NCBI GenBank assembly: GCA_964481135.1
Contig: CAYZSW010000004.1
Coordinates: 20,110 to 84,109, forward strand
Direction: 5' to 3'
DNA length: 64,000 nt
Source: an uncultured Candidatus Saccharibacteria bacterium
Lineage (GTDB): Bacteria > Patescibacteriota > UBA1384 > JAMDBS01 > DAOVQR01
Under the pieces are notes generated by a model that worked only from the letters and a program-made list of their open reading frames with translations, did not search any database and was not told the DNA's origin. Below are positions 59,435 through 64,000 of the stretch, in pieces. Numbering within the stretch: the stretch's first letter is position 1; each line of letters starts with the position of its first letter. Both the position numbers and the translations under genes were made by a program.

Positions 59435-61384
59435 ATGATAAATAAAATGATAAAATTGTTAAATAGTGTACTAGTTGTTTTAGTGTCTGTAGTGTTTGTA
59501 ATTCTGTTTGGCTTGTTTTCAAAAGCTTTTGCTACGGTAAATGATCCTATTTCGATTACAATATCTCCAAAAAGCTCTATTGTGGATTCTGGCGAGAGTC
59601 AATCTTATACTGTGAGTGCAGCAGATGAGCAAGGAAATATTTGGGATGTTACTAGTTTATCAGAATATTCAATTTCTGCAGGTGCTGGTGGATCATGGTC
59701 CGAAAATACATACACTTCTTTCAGTTCAGGTTTTTGGACAGTAACTGCAACATACTTAGGCTTGACTGATGAAGCTCAAATAAAAGTAAATCCTGCTGTT
59801 GTTGGCTGGGAATTAACATCAAATTTAAGCGATAAAGTAGCAGGATCTAGTTTTGATATTACTGTTGCGCCTAAAGATGTTTTAAATAACACAATTACCG
59901 ATTATGATTGGAGTAATCCAAATAATTTTCCAACATTTTCAGGGTTGGGAAATATTGGACCATTGTTTCCACAATATGAATTTATTAGTTCTAATTTAGG
60001 AGTTGCAACTTTTAAAGTTACAGTATTTAAGGTTGAAACTCTTGTCGCAATAAAAGCCCAATTAGGTTCATCTGTTGGATATACAAATCAGTTTAATATT
60101 GATTATGCTAAGTCCGTATCGATCGAAATAGATCCTAAAGAGTCAACAATTTCTTTGGATTCATTTCAACAATATTCTGTCACAGCTCGTGACTTATATG
60201 GTAATTCAAGAACGGTAGATACTCACGACGGTTTAACTTTATCAGTTTTGGAATCTGGACATGGTGGAATATTTGTTGATAATACATATTTTCCTGGTAA
60301 TGTTGGCACATGGACAATAAGAGGATTTTTTGACGACGTTACAGATGAAGCAAAAATAGTTGTTAAGGAAAAAATTATTGAATCTTTAAGTATTGATCCA
60401 ACAAATTTGAATTTAGCAAATGCAGATCAAAATCAGTCATATACAGTTACTGCATACGACTTAAAAGGAAATAACTGGGATGTAACCTCTGAAGCTAAAT
60501 TTTATACCAATGATCCAAAAGGCCATTTTCAAGACAACATATATTATGCTGGTAAGGTTGGCACCTGGGAGATAAAAGCACAAATTGACGGAGTCGAAGT
60601 ATCTACAAATATTACCGTCCATTATCCAGGTAGTCCAAAATCAATGGAAATCATTAAACCATCGGAAGAGATATTTGAAAGTGAATTATATCAATTTGAA
60701 ATTAAAGTATTGGATAAAAATGGTAATCGAGTTAGTGACTTACTAGCTTATTGGGAAGTAATATTTCATTCAGGATCTGGCGTTATTGATCAAAACGGGA
60801 AATTTATTGGATTAAAACCAGGTAAGGTTAGTATTAAAGTAATAGTGATTGACAATAATTTCAATTATCTAGAAACGATTATTACCTTCACAATTAAAGA
60901 AAAACTAGTAGAAGAAAAAGAACAGACAATAACAGGCGATTTAGCTGATTCAGATAAATCTAGTTTAAGTAAAATTATAAGAAGTATTGTTCCAAAGGTA
61001 GAAGCAGCTGAAATTATAGAAGATACTGAAGAGCCAGAGAAAGAACCAAGCGACGATGAAGGGCAAATTATGGGTACTGAAATTGCTACAATAGGGCCGG
61101 ACAACGAACCAGTTAGCAAAGAAAATCCCAGATTGTCTTGGATAATTTCGATGGTATTAGCAACAATTATTTTAGGATTTGCGTATTATGGTTATAATTA
61201 TTTTTCAGAACCAAAGATGGCAGAAGTAGATATTCCTGTTAAGAAAGATATTTCAAAATCGCAAAATGAGATAAAAAAAGCTGTACAAGAAGAAATAAGT
61301 ATTAATCAAAAAAATAATTCAGAGGAAATCATTAAAGACATCCCAAAGCAAGATGAGGACAACAATGATAAATTAAGATGGTAA
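59435..61384 (+). CDS. Surface protein with Ig-like repeats and C-terminal TM
   Basis: Signal peptide; repeated I.P....Q.YTV.A.D..GN.WDVT...G.W.V.A units; TM near the C-terminus. Confidence 0.85.
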   Translation: MINKMIKLLNSVLVVLVSVVFVILFGLFSKAFATVNDPISITISPKSSIVDSGESQSYTVSAADEQGNIWDVTSLSEYSISAGAGGSWSENTYTSFSSGFWTVTATYLGLTDEAQIKVNPAVVGWELTSNLSDKVAGSSFDITVAPKDVLNNTITDYDWSNPNNFPTFSGLGNIGPLFPQYEFISSNLGVATFKVTVFKVETLVAIKAQLGSSVGYTNQFNIDYAKSVSIEIDPKESTISLDSFQQYSVTARDLYGNSRTVDTHDGLTLSVLESGHGGIFVDNTYFPGNVGTWTIRGFFDDVTDEAKIVVKEKIIESLSIDPTNLNLANADQNQSYTVTAYDLKGNNWDVTSEAKFYTNDPKGHFQDNIYYAGKVGTWEIKAQIDGVEVSTNITVHYPGSPKSMEIIKPSEEIFESELYQFEIKVLDKNGNRVSDLLAYWEVIFHSGSGVIDQNGKFIGLKPGKVSIKVIVIDNNFNYLETIITFTIKEKLVEEKEQTITGDLADSDKSSLSKIIRSIVPKVEAAEIIEDTEEPEKEPSDDEGQIMGTEIATIGPDNEPVSKENPRLSWIISMVLATIILGFAYYGYNYFSEPKMAEVDIPVKKDISKSQNEIKKAVQEEISINQKNNSEEIIKDIPKQDEDNNDKLRW

Positions 61385-61420
61385 TTTTTTAAATTTATCA
61401 TTTTCACAACAAAAGAAATT

Positions 61421-61491
61421 AACCCCCATGATCTTACCTGTCTGCCGACAAGGCAGGCAAGGCAGGCAAGACATGTGGTCGGGAAATTTCG
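61421..61491. repeat. Palindromic element with expanded GCAAGGCAG units
   Basis: CCTGTCTGCCGACAAGGCAGGCAAGGCAGGCAAG at 61437-61470. Confidence 0.7.
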
Positions 61492-61542
61492 CAAAGTTGA
61501 ATTAAAAAATGCATCATTTAAAGAAATAATGATAGAGGTAAG

Positions 61543-61586
61543 CAGAAATCACCGCAGATTTGTAAACTATACTGGGGTGATTTTTG
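61543..61586 (+). terminator. Probable terminator
   Basis: AAATCACC..CAG-N-CTG..GGTGATTTTT. Confidence 0.5.
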
Positions 61587-61696
61587 TAATATAATTATTT
61601 TTGTTATAATTAAAATAGCATAACTAATTTTAATATCTTAAATTTCGATAAATAAATTCTTATTAATAAAAGAAAATAATAACAAAGGAGTAATAT

Positions 61697-62281
61697 ATGG
61701 AAGACCAAACAGATATTTCAAAACATATTTTGATTGTTTTATTAATTTTAGCTTTAGGTGGCTGTGGATATCTTTATTATTTAAAAACACAAGATGATAA
61801 TAAAATTTCAGATCTAGAAAGTCAGTATTCGCAACTTAAAGATAAATATAATAATGTTATTTCGCAACAGACCTCTTCTCCATCTCCAAGTCCAACGCAA
61901 GATTGGAAAACTTTTACTAATGAGAAATATGGTTTTTCTTTAACACTGAATGATAATTGGCAAGGGTATAAATACGAGCAAGACACAAAGAATTTTCAAG
62001 ATAATGGAGTACATTATAGATTTTATCTTCCAACTAAGGATAAAGATTATAAAACTGATAAGACGGGATATGCTTCTCCTTTTGTAATTTCAATATACAA
62101 AATTTCTGATTGGGAAAATCTAGGAAATAAAAACGATTTTACAAAAATCGATCAAAACGATAAATATGTATATGCATATAGTATTTGGGATACTGTACCA
62201 AGCGATTTAGAGGAAACTATTACCGATGCTGAAATTAAAAAAGTAATAAATACATTTAAATTTACAAATACTACAAATTAG
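61697..62281 (+). CDS. Membrane-anchored protein with PsbP-like C-terminal domain
   Basis: TM, coiled coil, SP linker, WKTFTNEKYGFS...W and INTFKF. Confidence 0.7.
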   Translation: MEDQTDISKHILIVLLILALGGCGYLYYLKTQDDNKISDLESQYSQLKDKYNNVISQQTSSPSPSPTQDWKTFTNEKYGFSLTLNDNWQGYKYEQDTKNFQDNGVHYRFYLPTKDKDYKTDKTGYASPFVISIYKISDWENLGNKNDFTKIDQNDKYVYAYSIWDTVPSDLEETITDAEIKKVINTFKFTNTTN

Positions 62282-62283
62282 GA

Positions 62284-62312
62284 TTGACTTTTGAGTATTT
62301 TTATGTTATCTT
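62284..62312 (+). promoter_or_regulatory. rnpB promoter
   Basis: TTGACT-N17-TATCTT with extended TG. Confidence 0.55.
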
Positions 62313-62322
62313 TTATTGGCTT

Positions 62323-62677
62323 TAAGTAATTTAAATCACTGCTCCTTGCGGAGAGGAAAGTCCAGGCACTAAAGAGTAATACACCGAGTGTAAACTCGGC
62401 CGTCGCAAGACGAGGGTATAGGGCAACAGAAAATAAACCGCCTTAAAATTTTTGAAGGTAAGGGTGAAAAGATAGAGTAAGATCCTATCCGTTTGATTGG
62501 TAACAATCATCTGTGTAACCCCTGTATAGTGCAAGTTGAGTGGATCAAGTCATTATATTAATATAAATTTAGTTCACTAAATTATATTAAAAAAGATGCT
62601 TCTCGTATCAATAATTACTGATCTCAACGCATAAGATAGATAGTGATTTAAACAGAACCTGGCTTATTAATTACTTA
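62323..62677 (+). ncRNA. rnpB: RNase P RNA
   Basis: GAGGAAAGTCC, ACAGAAA, AGGGTGAAA, ACAGAACCTGGCTTA; P1 TAAGTAATT/AATTACTTA. Confidence 0.95.
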
Positions 62678-62690
62678 GAGTATTAGTATC

Positions 62691-62721
62691 AAAAAATGAG
62701 CGATTAAAACGCTCATTTTTT
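62691..62721. terminator. Bidirectional terminator between rnpB and tRNA-Gln
   Basis: AAAAAATGAGCG-N-CGCTCATTTTTT. Confidence 0.8.
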
Positions 62722-62723
62722 GT

Positions 62724-62797
62724 TGGCTCCGGGACTTGGATTCGAACCAAGATTGACGGCTTCAAAGGCCGCTGTCCTACCATTAGACGATCCCGGA
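62724..62797 (-). tRNA. tRNA-Gln(UUG)
   Basis: Arm GCGGC-CTTTGAA-GCCGT, ends GCCA. Confidence 0.95.
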
Positions 62798-62879
62798 ACA
62801 TATTAAAATATTACCAAATATTTTTAATATAATCAATTATCTACTATCATGCTTCGCAGTATCGTAGTATAATATAATC

Positions 62880-63164
62880 ATGGGAAATACCGAAAAAATA
62901 AAATTTAATAAAGAAGCATTGGATTTTTTGAATAATACATTACCGAAGATAAAAAATAAAAAAGAAGCAGAAATGTTTTTAAAAGATTTAATGAGTTCAA
63001 CAGAGATTAAAGCAGTTGCTAGGAGACTTTTATCAGTTAAAAAATTATATAATGGTAAAACATATGCTCAAATAAATTTTGAAAGCTCGCTGAGTATGGG
63101 TGTAATTAATAAAATGCATTTTAAAACCAAGGGTAGCAAAGTTTTAAAAAAATTATTATCATAA
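62880..63164 (+). CDS. TrpR/YerC-like HTH protein
   Basis: FLKDL.S.TE...VARRL...L..GKTY..I. Confidence 0.8.
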   Translation: MGNTEKIKFNKEALDFLNNTLPKIKNKKEAEMFLKDLMSSTEIKAVARRLLSVKKLYNGKTYAQINFESSLSMGVINKMHFKTKGSKVLKKLLS

Positions 63165-63209
63165 TTATTTACTATTATACTTCGAAGTGTCGAAGCAAGG
63201 GAATAAGAA

Positions 63210-63863
63210 ATGAAAAATATTTATGCGATTTATAAGCCAAAAGGTCCGACAAGCCATGATATTATTAATCAATTGCGTCGAATTACTGGCGTAAAAAGAA
63301 TCGGCCACGCTGGTACACTTGATCCGCTAGCAAGCGGAGTTCTTTTGGTTGGAATTACTCGTGAAGGCACGCGGGAATTATCAAAATATATTGGATGTGA
63401 TAAAGAATATATTGCTACTATTAGGTTTGGAGAAACATCAGAAACAGATGATGCAGAAGGAAAAAAACAATTAACAGATAACAATAGACAAATAACAAAA
63501 ATACAGATTAAAAATATTTTAAAACAATTTATTGGTAAGATTAAACAGGTGCCACCAGTTTACTCGTCAGTTAAAGTGCAAGGTAAGCCAGCACATAGGC
63601 GCGTAAGGGCTGGACAAAAAATAATTCTTGGTGCACGGGATGTGGAAATTTACTCTATTAAAATATTAAGTTACAAATACCCATATTTAAAAATTAAAGT
63701 TGTTTGTTCGTCTGGAACATATATTCGATCACTTGCTCGTGATATTGGTCAAAAGCTTAAGGTTGGAGCTTATCTATCTGATTTAGAAAGAACAAGAGTA
63801 GGGGATTTCAAAATTGAAAATTGTTGCGATGTAGATGATTTTCAAAAAATTATTTTCGATTAA
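63210..63863 (+). CDS. truB: tRNA pseudouridine(55) synthase
   Basis: KPKGPTSHD, GHAGTLDPLASG, PP.YS, CSSGTYIRSL. Confidence 0.97.
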   Translation: MKNIYAIYKPKGPTSHDIINQLRRITGVKRIGHAGTLDPLASGVLLVGITREGTRELSKYIGCDKEYIATIRFGETSETDDAEGKKQLTDNNRQITKIQIKNILKQFIGKIKQVPPVYSSVKVQGKPAHRRVRAGQKIILGARDVEIYSIKILSYKYPYLKIKVVCSSGTYIRSLARDIGQKLKVGAYLSDLERTRVGDFKIENCCDVDDFQKIIFD

Positions 63864-64000
63864 TTTTTTTCTAAATTTTTGTATAATTAAACAAAACAAA
63901 TTTTAACACACCGATGATGTGTTTTTTGTGAAAATGGTTGACTACTCGTAAAATTGATGGTATATTACTAAAATGATTTTTTTGTAAATTGATTTTTACA

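Noticed and set aside
62331-62534. 67-aa - strand ORF
   Set aside because: Lies antisense within the RNase P RNA gene
1280-63484. Other short antisense or nested ORFs in the track (e.g. 3233, 5874, 16238, 20401, 22327, 38548, 52412, 58106)
   Set aside because: They overlap well-supported genes on the opposite strand or in another frame
1-64000. Alternative genetic code (UGA=Gly)
   Set aside because: Conserved genes are full length in code 11, and TGA serves as a stop in overlapping ATGA junctions (e.g. tmk)

Overview
AT-rich bacterial chromosome segment in genetic code 11. Gene content and style (C39 peptidase, DUF881 pair, rny-ymdB, long tmRNA tag, many single-TM secreted hypotheticals) suggest Patescibacteria/CPR. 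It carries 8 tRNA genes, tmRNA with smpB, RNase P RNA, a thrS T-box, a six-gene dTTP operon, translation and repair housekeeping genes, and a ~12.6 kb cluster of unknown secreted proteins (6938-19584) that includes a zincin and a giant protein with a 791-bp near-identical internal repeat. The most unusual signals are non-coding: (1) three decayed tRNA/tmRNA 3' ends, each interrupted at the T-loop by palindromic elements, one of which encloses a complete tRNA-Val; (2) degenerate 7-10-mer repeat arrays forming inverted arms that bracket a GxxExxY gene, also occur empty between genes, and sit in-frame inside trmD, fmt, miaB, priA, truB and an AMMECR1 gene; (3) nested GC-rich palindromes and IS200/IS605-like mini-elements, with a frameshifted GIY-YIG gene next to tmRNA. 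All calls come from reading the sequence by eye; no database searches or folding programs were run.
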